Source of the DNA: Promethearchaeota archaeon
Lineage (GTDB): Archaea; Asgardarchaeota; Lokiarchaeia; Sigyniarchaeales; SOKP01
DNA length: 64,000 bases
Assembly (NCBI GenBank): GCA_019057865.1
Contig: JAHLWP010000002.1
Span: 166,465-230,464 of the forward strand
Reading direction: 5' to 3'
Made by a program: the position numbers and the translations under genes
The notes under the pieces: generated by a model
Told to the model about the DNA's origin: nothing
Seen by the model: the letters and a program-made list of their open reading frames with translations, nothing else
The model's database searches: none
Part shown: in pieces, positions 8,955 to 18,708 of the stretch
Numbering within the stretch: position 1 is the first letter of the stretch
Layout: each line of letters begins with the position of its first letter

Positions 8955-9623
8955 TTATTTGATTAGTCGATCTTTTATATCTTCACAATTTATACGTCTA
9001 CAGCCAGGGATCATCAGTCCGATATTGTAAATATTATCTATGAAATTAACTATAATATGTGAAGTTGCACCGAAGACAACATACTTTTTTCCATTAGGTG
9101 CTCTATAATTAAATTTTCCAACACCGATAAGATCTCCTTTAAGCAGGTATGTTCTTTCTCTATAATTTTTTTTTTCTGTGAAAAAAGATATCGGGATTTT
9201 CACTATTTCCTTTACTTCTTCATCTTGCTTTATCATTGTTTGATTTTCATTAATATAAGCAACAAATGCAGTAATTATAAAACCTTTTGGTGTTAAATGA
9301 TCATCAATACAACCTAGTAATTTTACATTCGATTTGGGAATTCCCAGCTCTTCCTCTAATTCTCGTAATGCGGTATCCAAAAATGTTTTATCTAACTTGG
9401 AGTCAAATTTTCCACCAGGAAAAGACATTTCTCCAGAATGTTTATCCCCTTCTCTCTTAGTACGCCTAATCATTACCAAATCAAAAGGTTTATCTTGATA
9501 AGGAATTATTAAGAAGATGATACCGGAATTTATAAAATGTTCATGGTGCATGGAAAGTCTATCTGAAGAATTGAAATCTTTTAATTTACTTTTGATTAAA
9601 TTTGCATCAAAAATAAGATTCAA
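8955..9623 (-). CDS. CoA pyrophosphatase-type NUDIX hydrolase
   Basis: HSGEMSFPGGK...ALRELEEELGI and VFGATS motifs. Confidence 0.9.
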   Translation of the reverse strand: MNLIFDANLIKSKLKDFNSSDRLSMHHEHFINSGIIFLIIPYQDKPFDLVMIRRTKREGDKHSGEMSFPGGKFDSKLDKTFLDTALRELEEELGIPKSNVKLLGCIDDHLTPKGFIITAFVAYINENQTMIKQDEEVKEIVKIPISFFTEKKNYRERTYLLKGDLIGVGKFNYRAPNGKKYVVFGATSHIIVNFIDNIYNIGLMIPGCRRINCEDIKDRLIK

Positions 9624-9649
9624 TATTCCACACCAATTTATTCAAAATC

Positions 9650-10360
9650 TTAAAATTCTTTAGTAATAAGATTTCTATGTTTGATATATTCTTTAACATG
9701 TTTCATTTTATCAATTTTAAATCGCTTTAATCCGAGTTCTGATAAATCAAATTCATATACTCTTTCAATGAAATTAGAAATCATATATGCGGTTGCTCCC
9801 CATACGGTATATTTCTTTCCATTTTCTTTATCTACATAATTAAAATAAAAAACGGGGAACTTATTGCCATTGATATCGATGGCTTGTTCTCGAAAGTTTG
9901 TTTTGTTTATAAAAAAATCAATAGGGATCTTAACAATTTCCTGAACTTCTCTTGGATCTTTTATTAATTTCTGATTCTTATCAATAATTCCAATAAATGG
10001 TGTAATTATAAATTTGGTCATGGTAGGAAAGTCATCTAGACAACCAATTATTCTAACATTTTCTCTGGGAACTCCAATTTCCTCTTCTACTTCTCTTAAA
10101 GCAGTATTTTCTAAGGATTTGTCAAATTGAGATTCATATTTTCCACCTGGAAATGACATTTCACCTTTATGTCTTGTCCCCTTATTTGTACGATGAATTA
10201 GAATTAGATCGTAAGGTTTATTTTTATAAGGTATAATGGAGAATAGAACTGCTGAACTTGTAAAAAAATCATCATTTAAAGAGATTCTTAAAGATGAATC
10301 ACATGGAATTAATTTATTTTTTACTAAGTTTTCATCAAAAGTTAAATCTAAACCATCCAT
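9650..10360 (-). CDS. CoA pyrophosphatase-type NUDIX hydrolase (tandem paralog)
   Basis: HKGEMSFPGGK...ALREVEEEIGV and VWGATA motifs. Confidence 0.9.
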   Translation of the reverse strand: MDGLDLTFDENLVKNKLIPCDSSLRISLNDDFFTSSAVLFSIIPYKNKPYDLILIHRTNKGTRHKGEMSFPGGKYESQFDKSLENTALREVEEEIGVPRENVRIIGCLDDFPTMTKFIITPFIGIIDKNQKLIKDPREVQEIVKIPIDFFINKTNFREQAIDINGNKFPVFYFNYVDKENGKKYTVWGATAYMISNFIERVYEFDLSELGLKRFKIDKMKHVKEYIKHRNLITKEF

Positions 10361-10446
10361 ATTAGAATTAGCAAAAATTTTAAAATATCCAATATTTAAG
10401 AAACATAATCTTTTATCCTAAAAAAGTTTTTAGAAAGTGTATAACT

Positions 10447-10740
10447 GTGAAACTTCCGAAAGAACTGAGAGATAAGAATGATTTAACTAGAGTAGGTAAA
10501 GTAAAAACATGTTCTGTAAAAGGATGTAGTGAGAACGCTATTCGTTCATTATCAGAAAATGCTTGGAAAAAGTATCTTGAAAAAGCCCATCTTAAATTTG
10601 AAAAAAATCGATATCATAAAATTTACTTGTGTAAAGCTCATTATAATCAATCAAATAAGTTTAGAAAATCTCAGGAGAAGATATATCAGAAAAAAGGTTT
10701 TTTAGAAAATGCTACCAAAAAGGGGATAAGGGAGTATTAA
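10447..10740 (+). CDS. Small basic Zn-binding protein
   Basis: CSVKGC...LCKAH motif. Confidence 0.65.
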   Translation: MKLPKELRDKNDLTRVGKVKTCSVKGCSENAIRSLSENAWKKYLEKAHLKFEKNRYHKIYLCKAHYNQSNKFRKSQEKIYQKKGFLENATKKGIREY

Positions 10741-10862
10741 GGAATTACTGCCATCTGTTCATAAGATTGCCTTATTAAGGCAAATTGACCTTCCATAATT
10801 CCTAGGGTAAATAGTGACAATCCTAGTAAGAGTATTATAAGTGCAATTAATTTATTCCTCAT
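10737..10862 (-). CDS. 41-aa single-helix membrane or secreted peptide
   Basis: Below the ORF track cutoff: MRNKLIALIILLLGLSLFTLGIMEGQFALIRQSYEQMAVIP; fills the intergenic gap. Confidence 0.55.
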   Translation of the reverse strand: MRNKLIALIILLLGLSLFTLGIMEGQFALIRQSYEQMAVIP

Positions 10863-10912
10863 TTTTATCAAATTTTGAAATTATTCTTAATTTTAAAAAT
10901 TTTCTTTATAAT

Positions 10913-11809
10913 TTATTTTGTTAATTCTTCTAATGTATCAACCTTAGCTGTTATTTTTTTTAATTTTAAGTCAAAATTTTTATCATTCTCTTTGTATTCT
11001 TCTTCAGATATCTCCTTAGCAGAGAATCTACCTTTATTAAGTTTTCGCTCACTTGCTAATTCTGCTTTTTCCAATTTCAATTCTTGAATCCATAATTTCA
11101 TTCCAACAACTAAGTCTTCTTTCTCAATTTCTAAATCTGTTTTTTCTTGCTTATATTTTTCTCTTAGTTTTTCAAAAGTTTCTCGATCTATTTTATGTAA
11201 CTTATGTTCTCTTGTTAAATTCTCAAGGTGAAAAATTTTAGATTCAATATTAATATTGATCTTCTGAACTAAGAATGGTTCTTCCATTTTTTGCTTAATA
11301 ACTTTTTCATTTTGTTTAAGCTCCTCAATAAATGCTTTAACAGCTTCTAATTTTATATTTAATTCTTTTTTAAAGCTGTTATCCCATTCATACCTTGAAT
11401 CTTTTGTAGATTTTAGAATTTCATCTAATTTTTCAGTTAATACTTTCTTATTTAATTGGATGTCATTATATTCAATGTAAAAAACTATTTGCTCTTTTAC
11501 TTCTTCAGGTAGAGGTTTTACTTCTTTCTTTTCTTTTCCTTTTTTCCATTTTTTCAGCTGTTTTTCTATGCTTTTCTCTTCTAATCGTTCCTCTTTTTCT
11601 ATTTCTTCATCCGATATTAATTCATCTAGTTTCCCCTTAGTTTCTTTCTTTTCTTTCTCTTTTTTAGTATCTTTTATTTCAGGAGCTTTTTCTGGCTTTG
11701 GGATGCCGGGGATGCCGGTAAGCATAGGTTTACCGCATATGATACAAAATTTATCTGTTTGTTTTACAGGGTTTCCACAATATGGACAAAATTTTGGCAT
11801 TTTATTCAA
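10913..11809 (-). CDS. Zinc-ribbon plus coiled-coil protein
   Basis: CPYCG...FCIICG; long charged coiled coils with two SHOCT-like motifs (KIDRETFEKL, EISEEEYKE). Confidence 0.75.
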   Translation of the reverse strand: MNKMPKFCPYCGNPVKQTDKFCIICGKPMLTGIPGIPKPEKAPEIKDTKKEKEKKETKGKLDELISDEEIEKEERLEEKSIEKQLKKWKKGKEKKEVKPLPEEVKEQIVFYIEYNDIQLNKKVLTEKLDEILKSTKDSRYEWDNSFKKELNIKLEAVKAFIEELKQNEKVIKQKMEEPFLVQKININIESKIFHLENLTREHKLHKIDRETFEKLREKYKQEKTDLEIEKEDLVVGMKLWIQELKLEKAELASERKLNKGRFSAKEISEEEYKENDKNFDLKLKKITAKVDTLEELTK

Positions 11810-11993
11810 TTTTTTTTATATTTTTATATGATATTCTAAACTAAAATAATAAATAAAATTAATTGAGACCGATTTTTGAAATTTGAATTTAAAATAATTT
11901 GTTTCTTAATTTTTTTACATTAAATTATTATTATTTTATCGTTTTATATAATGGCAATTTATTTATTTTGCTTATCTTTTTTTGTAATTAGAA

Positions 11994-13412
11994 ATGGAGA
12001 TTGAAAAGAAAATCCCTGTCCATATCGGATTATTTGGTCATATTGACTGTGGCAAAACTGCAATAGCCGAGGTACTAAGTGAGATAATTTCAACCGCTGG
12101 TATCGATGCTCATCCACAAAGTAAAGAAAGAGGAATTACAATTGATTTAGGATTCACTAGTTTTGTCCTTGATAAATATTTAATCACATTAGTAGACGGT
12201 CCTGGTCATGCCGATTTAATTAAAATTAGTGCGTCATCAGTAGAAATTATTGATTGTGCAATTGTGGTTATTGATATAAATAAAGGTCCTCAAGTCCAAA
12301 CTGGTGAGCATTTAGTTATAATTCAATCACTCAAAATTGAAAAAATTATTGTTGTTCTTAATAAAATAGATCTTTTTACTGGAAATGTTAAAAATGAAAT
12401 TGAAAAAACAAGGAGATTTTTCAATTCTACATCATTTGGTTCAGATGTCCCCATTTATGCCGTATCTGCAAGAAGTAAGAGTGGATTTGAAGATTTAAAA
12501 TTGGGAATCTTAGAAATGATTAGCTCATTAGAAATCAAGAGAGCCATTGATGGAAGTATTGTTATTCCAATTGACCATCATTTTCCAATCAAAGGAATGG
12601 GAGTAATTTTAACTGGTACAATTGTAAGAGGAATGTTAAAATTGAATGAAAATCTAAAAATTTTGCCAATAAAATCTTCAGGAAGGGTTAAAAGTATTCA
12701 GATTTTTCATCAGAACGTTAATACTGCAAAAGCAGGTGATCGCATTGGGATTAATATAAAAGGTGTAGACGTTAAAAAAGTATTTAGAGGTTGTTATGCT
12801 ACGAATAATCCAGAATTATTTGATTTTTGTGATATTATTGAAGTAGAAGTAAATTGTAATGAATTATTCAAACCTAAAACTAGTTTTGGAACCCAAATCC
12901 ACATTACGATTGGAATGGTAACGGTTGCAGGAAATATTTATCCATATTACAAGAAAGAAAGCAAAAAAATTCAAACAACAATTTCAAGTAAAGGAGTGAA
13001 TTTTGAAGCAATAATAATGTTAAAAAAAAAGGTTTTAATCAGAAAAGAAAAAACTATAATACTTTTAAGCCGATTAGATTTACCACCTACTACTCTTAGG
13101 ATAATGGGATCTGCCGAAATATTAAAACTACATAAACAACCCCCAGTTTTTTATAAATATAAAACTAAGAAAGGGTATATTAAGAATCCAGAACATCCTG
13201 AAGGAATTATATGTACTGGATTAGCGCAAAGTGGGACTGGTGCGAAAAAGATTGTTGGTAGAAAATTAGAATCCCCTTTTACAAAAGTTTTAAATACCTT
13301 TGGTACCAAGGGTGCTGTAATCGTGGGAATTGAAAATAAAAATATACCCCTTAAGAAAGGAGGTCCCGTTCTACTAAAAGAGTTGAGAAGTTTTCAACTA
13401 AAAAACATTTAA
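11994..13412 (+). CDS. selB: Selenocysteine-specific elongation factor (archaeal SelB/EFSec)
   Basis: GHIDCGKT, ERGITIDLGF, DGPGH, QTGEH, NKID, IDHHFPIKG and LDLPPTTLRI motifs; lies near SepSecS and tRNA-Sec. Confidence 0.93.
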   Translation: MEIEKKIPVHIGLFGHIDCGKTAIAEVLSEIISTAGIDAHPQSKERGITIDLGFTSFVLDKYLITLVDGPGHADLIKISASSVEIIDCAIVVIDINKGPQVQTGEHLVIIQSLKIEKIIVVLNKIDLFTGNVKNEIEKTRRFFNSTSFGSDVPIYAVSARSKSGFEDLKLGILEMISSLEIKRAIDGSIVIPIDHHFPIKGMGVILTGTIVRGMLKLNENLKILPIKSSGRVKSIQIFHQNVNTAKAGDRIGINIKGVDVKKVFRGCYATNNPELFDFCDIIEVEVNCNELFKPKTSFGTQIHITIGMVTVAGNIYPYYKKESKKIQTTISSKGVNFEAIIMLKKKVLIRKEKTIILLSRLDLPPTTLRIMGSAEILKLHKQPPVFYKYKTKKGYIKNPEHPEGIICTGLAQSGTGAKKIVGRKLESPFTKVLNTFGTKGAVIVGIENKNIPLKKGGPVLLKELRSFQLKNI

Positions 13413-13443
13413 ATTTTCAGAAATTATAATATTATTAACAAAG

Positions 13444-13878
13444 GTGGTTAGAATGGAAAAAGCTGAAATTGATATAAGCCAAGAAATTCTAGATGAGTTA
13501 ATGCGGAATTTAGAAAAGCTGGAAGCCTCGACAGATTTAGAAGGGTCTGCAGTTGTTTCAAAAACGGGATTAAGAATCGCAAGTTCTGAAACTGCTGATG
13601 TAGTATGGGATATCTTTAGTGCAAGCCCGGCAACTTTAATTTCACTTGGTGAAAAGATTAGTCAAGGATTAGAACAGGGTGAGTTGAGGGATATTGTCAT
13701 TAGAGGGACTAAAGGATATACGATTATTTTAGTTGGTGCGGCTGACAATAATTTTATGCTTTTTACAAATTGTAAAAAAGGATATAAACTAGGATATTAT
13801 TTTCATAAAATTAGAAAAGCTTTTAGAGAAATGGAACCTGTTTTAAAGAAAATCGAAACTAAAGATATGATATATTAA
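13444..13878 (+). CDS. Roadblock/LC7 domain protein
   Basis: LEGSAVVSKTGLRIAS...GELRDIVIRGTKGY pattern. Confidence 0.85.
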   Translation: MVRMEKAEIDISQEILDELMRNLEKLEASTDLEGSAVVSKTGLRIASSETADVVWDIFSASPATLISLGEKISQGLEQGELRDIVIRGTKGYTIILVGAADNNFMLFTNCKKGYKLGYYFHKIRKAFREMEPVLKKIETKDMIY

Positions 13879-13901
13879 GATTACTTCTTTTTGGTTAACT
13901 T

Positions 13902-15698
13902 TTATCCATAAATCCATTTAACTGTATCTCCATCTCTTAAGTTATATTTATTAGATGATACTCCTGGGAAATCATCGTTAACCGTATACCGCCAATTTCC
14001 TTTTACTCCATCTATTTCCTCTACAAGAATCCCCATATCACCATAATCATGGTACTTAACTTTACACCATGTAATTAATGCATCAAAGGCTGTTGTATTA
14101 TAATCTGTCAAATCAAAATTTTCTATAATTTTTACTGTTCCATTTCCATAATCTACAATTAAAGTAATATCTTCAACTTCTCTTTGTGGTTTATTTACTT
14201 CACCAACTTCTAAACTCGAGGTAAAAACAAAGAAAGAGGTAAAACTTGCTATTGCTATAATTGCTACTAAAATATATTTATTAAATTCCTTAACTTTACT
14301 GTTTACCTTCGAAGCAATCAGAGTAGTTATGGCTGAAATAAAACTTATTGATATGATAATCAAATAAGGTAGAAAATCTAATAAGAAATTAGTTCTTGGA
14401 GGTAACTCTGTTTTAAGTTCCCAAGGAATATATCCATCAATCACCATCTCGAGCAAGTAACTGCCAACAGAAGTTTTAGTCCATAATAAAAGCCCTGTCC
14501 ACTTCTCGTAAATTAAAGAAGTTTCTTGACCTCCTCCATCTTGAATAAACATTATTTTAATTGTTAAATCAGATTCTTCTATATTAACTACTCCGCTTAC
14601 AAACCCTTCAGCTTCTTGTAAAGCTAATTTCTTCACCCTAGTAATATTTTCCATAATCTGAATAAGAATTCCAGGTTGAAATTTGTTATATCCAAGCGTG
14701 AGAGCCCATGCTATTTCACTATTTGAACGATTAGTTAATGTAAAATTAGTTTGTAAAATGCCAGAATTGTTCTCAAATATAGCGATATCAAACCAAGCTA
14801 TTGGATCATCAAAAATATTACCCCAATCATTCGGATCCTTATTATAGAAACCAGTAAAGTTTACAACTATTTCCCCACCAGTATTAGTCTTCCAATCTCC
14901 CTCATATGAATTTCCTGGCCATGGAGTAAAATTATACCAACCTACTGCTCCCCCAAATTGAAGAACATTATAATTAAAACCTGAAGTATAATCTAATGTA
15001 AAATTTAGAGATCTAACTTCAAGAAGGTACCCAAAGACACTAGTTTTAGCCCATACCAATACTCCTGACTTTTTCTCATAAATCAAATATGTTTTTTGAT
15101 TTCCTTCAATTTGTTCAAAACCAATATAAATAAAATTATAAGTCTCTTCGATGTTTACTTCTCCTTTGATATCATATAATCCTCCAGGGTCAGCTTGATT
15201 TAAAGCTAATTGTTCAATATATGTCAAATTACTGATAGGTATTAAAAAACCGGGTTGGAACATGTTATACCCAAGGGTTAAAGCTCTTGCGACTTCACTA
15301 TTTGATCTATTGCTTAAAGTAAAGTTTGTATCTAATATGCCAAGATTATGTTCAAGTATTTCAATGTCAAGCCAAGGAATAGGATCCTCAAACACATTAC
15401 CCCAATCATTAGGATCCTTGGCATAAAATCCCGTAAAATTAATCTTAATCTGACCTCCAGGATTCGTTCTCCAATTACCCTCAAAAGAATCTTCTGGCCA
15501 AGGGGTAAAATTATACCAACCAACTGGATCACCAAATTGAGATACATTATAGACATATGGTTTATTGAACTCGAGATTCTGGTAATATTGAATAGGGATT
15601 TCAGAATTAGCTTTCACATTTGGAGTAAAACTTAAAAATAATAATTGGATTAACATCAAAACAGCAAAAAGGTAAGCACTATTTTTAATTTTTTTCAT
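13902..15698 (-). CDS. Secreted/membrane protein with two tandem ~190-aa repeats and a C-terminal DUF4430 (transcobalamin-like) domain
   Basis: Signal peptide from MKKIKNS (ATG 15698); two TM helices; C-terminal TTAFDAL...GILVEEIDG..WRYTVN...YNLRDGDTVKWIY. Confidence 0.75.
   Translation of the reverse strand: MKKIKNSAYLFAVLMLIQLLFLSFTPNVKANSEIPIQYYQNLEFNKPYVYNVSQFGDPVGWYNFTPWPEDSFEGNWRTNPGGQIKINFTGFYAKDPNDWGNVFEDPIPWLDIEILEHNLGILDTNFTLSNRSNSEVARALTLGYNMFQPGFLIPISNLTYIEQLALNQADPGGLYDIKGEVNIEETYNFIYIGFEQIEGNQKTYLIYEKKSGVLVWAKTSVFGYLLEVRSLNFTLDYTSGFNYNVLQFGGAVGWYNFTPWPGNSYEGDWKTNTGGEIVVNFTGFYNKDPNDWGNIFDDPIAWFDIAIFENNSGILQTNFTLTNRSNSEIAWALTLGYNKFQPGILIQIMENITRVKKLALQEAEGFVSGVVNIEESDLTIKIMFIQDGGGQETSLIYEKWTGLLLWTKTSVGSYLLEMVIDGYIPWELKTELPPRTNFLLDFLPYLIIISISFISAITTLIASKVNSKVKEFNKYILVAIIAIASFTSFFVFTSSLEVGEVNKPQREVEDITLIVDYGNGTVKIIENFDLTDYNTTAFDALITWCKVKYHDYGDMGILVEEIDGVKGNWRYTVNDDFPGVSSNKYNLRDGDTVKWIYG
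14440..15557 (-). repeat. Intragenic tandem duplication (copies at about 15010-15557 and 14440-14978)
   Basis: GWYNFTPWP...NFTGFY.KDPNDWGN.F.DPI.W...NFTL.NRSNSE.A.ALTLGYN.FQPG occurs twice. Confidence 0.9.
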
Positions 15699-15880
15699 AA
15701 TATTGACTCTTTCTATTTTATGGTCTATAGATCTTTTGTTCAAATGTTCGTTTAACTAGGTTAAAATTCCTATATTTAATTAATAAAAAAGTACTATTCA
15801 ATTTAAAACTTTTTCCTTTTTTATAAATTTGCAATGCCTAAGGATTTAAATAGACAAATCTCTTTAATAATATTAGCAAA

Positions 15881-16669
15881 ATGAAAGATGAAAATGGAAA
15901 AGAATTTGTAATTTATAAGGGAAAGAGACATTATGTTAATATCTTACGATTTAGTTCTTTAGAACGATATAAATCCTTAGATCTTGAAGATATAGAAATT
16001 AAGAACATCAGCGAAATTAAAGGATTAGAAGAACTTACAGACTTACAACGTTTAATTTTCTATTACACTCAAATTCCTGAAATAAAAGGTCTAAATAACT
16101 TAAAAAATCTCGAATACTTAGACTTACAAGGAAATCAGATATCTGAAATTAGAGGTCTCGAAAACCTTACTAATTTGCAAGAATTAAACCTTTGTTATAA
16201 TCGAATATCTGAACTGAAGGGATTGGATTCATTAGAAAAATTAAAAATTTTACGCCTATATGGAAATCAAATCAGTGAAATTAAAGGACTTGAAAATCTT
16301 AAAAATTTGGAAGTTTTAGAATTAGGAGCAGCCCGATATCAATCAGGCAATCTTATAAAAGAAATTAAGGGGATCGACAATCTAATAAATCTTAAAGAAT
16401 TACACCTTCCTTACAATCAAATAACAGAGATAAAAGGGCTTGAAAACTTAAAAAATCTTGAATTTTTAGACTTTCATAAAAATGAAATTTCAGAAATAAA
16501 GGGACTGGATAATTTAGAAAAACTATTTTGGTTGAATCTTTCTCACAATCGAATAACTGAGTTTAAAGGTCTGGAGAAGCTTGAAAATTTAACACGGTTA
16601 TTTTTAGAGCCTGAACTTCTGAAAGGCACGGTATATGAATCAAAACCAGCTGATGAATTACTTAAATAA
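15881..16669 (+). CDS. SDS22-like leucine-rich repeat protein
   Basis: About 9 repeats of LxxLxLxxNxISEIKGLENL. Confidence 0.92.
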   Translation: MKDENGKEFVIYKGKRHYVNILRFSSLERYKSLDLEDIEIKNISEIKGLEELTDLQRLIFYYTQIPEIKGLNNLKNLEYLDLQGNQISEIRGLENLTNLQELNLCYNRISELKGLDSLEKLKILRLYGNQISEIKGLENLKNLEVLELGAARYQSGNLIKEIKGIDNLINLKELHLPYNQITEIKGLENLKNLEFLDFHKNEISEIKGLDNLEKLFWLNLSHNRITEFKGLEKLENLTRLFLEPELLKGTVYESKPADELLK

Positions 16670-16705
16670 AAATAGATATATAGAAATGATTTATCAATTT
16701 TAATT

Positions 16706-17170
16706 TTAGAGTAATAACTTATTCTTAACTTTTTCTTTTAATTCTTGTAATGCTTTTCCCCAAGCTTTTTCAAAATAATTTCGTGCTTCTTGCCAGTTTT
16801 CATCTTTTCTCCAACCTGTATGGAAGAGATGAATAGTTGTTTTATTTTTTTCATTGGAATTGGATGAAAAAAATACGATTACATGTGTAAGAGGATCAGC
16901 AACATTCATAAATGATTTGAACTGAACTGGTCCCTTCCAATCAAAAGAAATAAATCTGTTTTCTTCAATTCCAGTAATTTTACATCCAATTGTACTATTG
17001 TTTTCTCTATCTTCTGGTTCCCAAAAAAGTTCATATTTGCCTCCAACCTTAGGTTCTACTTCTGCCTTTTCAGATAACCAAGCTTCCAATAAGTTATTAA
17101 TTGTAAACATTTTAAAAGCATTGTAAATATCACATTCAATTTCTACATTAATTTGAATTATATTTTCCAT
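16706..17170 (-). CDS. SRPBCC/AHSA1-like domain protein
   Basis: VEPKVGGKY, FISFDW, TTIHLFHTGW and W..ALQELK motifs. Confidence 0.88.
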   Translation of the reverse strand: MENIIQINVEIECDIYNAFKMFTINNLLEAWLSEKAEVEPKVGGKYELFWEPEDRENNSTIGCKITGIEENRFISFDWKGPVQFKSFMNVADPLTHVIVFFSSNSNEKNKTTIHLFHTGWRKDENWQEARNYFEKAWGKALQELKEKVKNKLLL

Positions 17171-17369
17171 TAAGAACGACCATTAGTATGATTCTTATAT
17201 ATTTTTTAAATTAGATGTTTGATATTATTGGTTATCATTCTATTCTTAAAAAATTTCTCTATATACGTCTTAGATTTTAAAGATTGGGGAAATAGGAAAG
17301 AAAGCCTATAAATTTTTAAAACTTTATTTATTAATAATCTTAACTAAAAAAGAAGAAGTAAAGATTTAA

Positions 17370-17987
17370 TTGGAATTAGAATCTGAAGTACAGGAACTAG
17401 ATCAAGAAAAAGAAAATCACTCAGCTTGGCTTGAGAGAAAAACTTTTCGAATTGTCTTAAGTAGCACATTTGTAGCGTTAGCTATAGTTTTAGGATATAT
17501 GCTTGCATATATTCCTAACATTGAATTATTTACCTTAACTATATTCTTGTCAGGCTTTATTTTAGGAAAGAGAGATGGGATTATTGTTGGATTTTTTAGT
17601 TCATTAATTTTTTGTTTTTTTAATCCTATAGGTGCTTCTCCTTTGCCACTCTTAACTTTCCAATTGTTTCATTATTCTCTGACGGGTTTTTTAGGAGCCT
17701 TGACCAGAGATTACTTAAAAAGAAAGACTTTTTTTAAACCAGATGAAGATATGTTTGTACTTCCTGTGATGGTGTTATTTGGTCTTATGGGGGCATTAAT
17801 TACAATTAATTTTCAAATTTTTGCTTCGATGGTTGATGTATTATCATTTTTTGGCACTATAGATGAATTTATACCATATTTTCTTACTGGCATAGTGTTT
17901 ACAGTTACCCACATTATTGGAAATACTCTTGGATTTATTTTTATATTACCTGGATTAATTCAACTAACTTACAAAATGCTCGATTAA
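17370..17987 (+). CDS. ECF transporter S component (CbrT-like, possibly cobalamin)
   Basis: IPNIELFT motif, about 6 TM helices, THIIGN. Confidence 0.75.
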   Translation: MELESEVQELDQEKENHSAWLERKTFRIVLSSTFVALAIVLGYMLAYIPNIELFTLTIFLSGFILGKRDGIIVGFFSSLIFCFFNPIGASPLPLLTFQLFHYSLTGFLGALTRDYLKRKTFFKPDEDMFVLPVMVLFGLMGALITINFQIFASMVDVLSFFGTIDEFIPYFLTGIVFTVTHIIGNTLGFIFILPGLIQLTYKMLD

Positions 17988-18002
17988 GTTAGAAGAAACA
18001 CT

Positions 18003-18143
18003 TTAAAAAATAGCAAGTAAAGCTATTGTTGAGGGTAGCATCATAACTAATATTATAATGAGACAAATTATCAACCAAATCTTTCTTTTTTTTGGTTCTT
18101 CATTATTAGATTCAATTTCATTCTCATCTAAGTAATCTTCCAG
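18003..18143 (-). CDS. 46-aa tail-anchored membrane protein with an apparent CTG start
   Basis: GAGGT RBS, 8-nt spacer, then CTG; (M)EDYLDENEIESNNEEPKKRKIWLIICLIIILVMMLPSTIALLAIF; in-frame TAG just upstream. Confidence 0.5.
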   Translation of the reverse strand: MEDYLDENEIESNNEEPKKRKIWLIICLIIILVMMLPSTIALLAIF

Positions 18144-18212
18144 ATTTAACTACCTCATAATATCTAATATTGACAATTAATAGTATATATTATAAATATA
18201 GAAGGAGATGTT

Positions 18213-18701
18213 TTATTTTGTAGTTGAAAGAAGAGTTACCTTACCGCCAGCAGCCTCTACTTTTTCAATCGCACTTTTTGAGGCTTTATTAACTGTAACA
18301 TTTATTGATTTTTTAATTTGTCCTCGTCCTAATATTTTTTGGATATTAATACCATTTAAATTAATAGCATATTTATTTCCAGTTTTTGATGCTTTATTAT
18401 TTAAAACAAGGTTTTCGATCTGATTATCAAGTTCTCTAATATTTAAAGTATTTACCTGGTAGATACGAACCAAATCTTGAGGTTTTTTAAATCCTTTTTT
18501 CCCAATATTCCAATCAGGATCCGGAAATCCTAATTCTTTTTGTTTTAGGTAATAACTCTTTTTACTTTTTTTCCATTGAGTTGTTTTACCTTTTCCTGCG
18601 CGTTGTCCTGCTTTCCTGTGTTGTCCTACTCTACCATAACCCTGAGTGCGGGTTCCTCTTTTTTTACGTATTTTTCTTGGAAACTTTCTCATATATACCA
18701 T
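18213..18701 (-). CDS. rpl15: 50S ribosomal protein uL15
   Basis: RKKRGTRTQGYG, KILGRG and SAIEKVEAAGG motifs; operon position. Confidence 0.95.
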   Translation of the reverse strand: MVYMRKFPRKIRKKRGTRTQGYGRVGQHRKAGQRAGKGKTTQWKKSKKSYYLKQKELGFPDPDWNIGKKGFKKPQDLVRIYQVNTLNIRELDNQIENLVLNNKASKTGNKYAINLNGINIQKILGRGQIKKSINVTVNKASKSAIEKVEAAGGKVTLLSTTK

Positions 18702-18708
18702 TCACCAT

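Noticed and set aside
17171-17369. Cobalamin riboswitch upstream of the ECF S component
   Set aside because: Only a short GGGGAA tract in AT-rich DNA; no B12-box or supporting helices.
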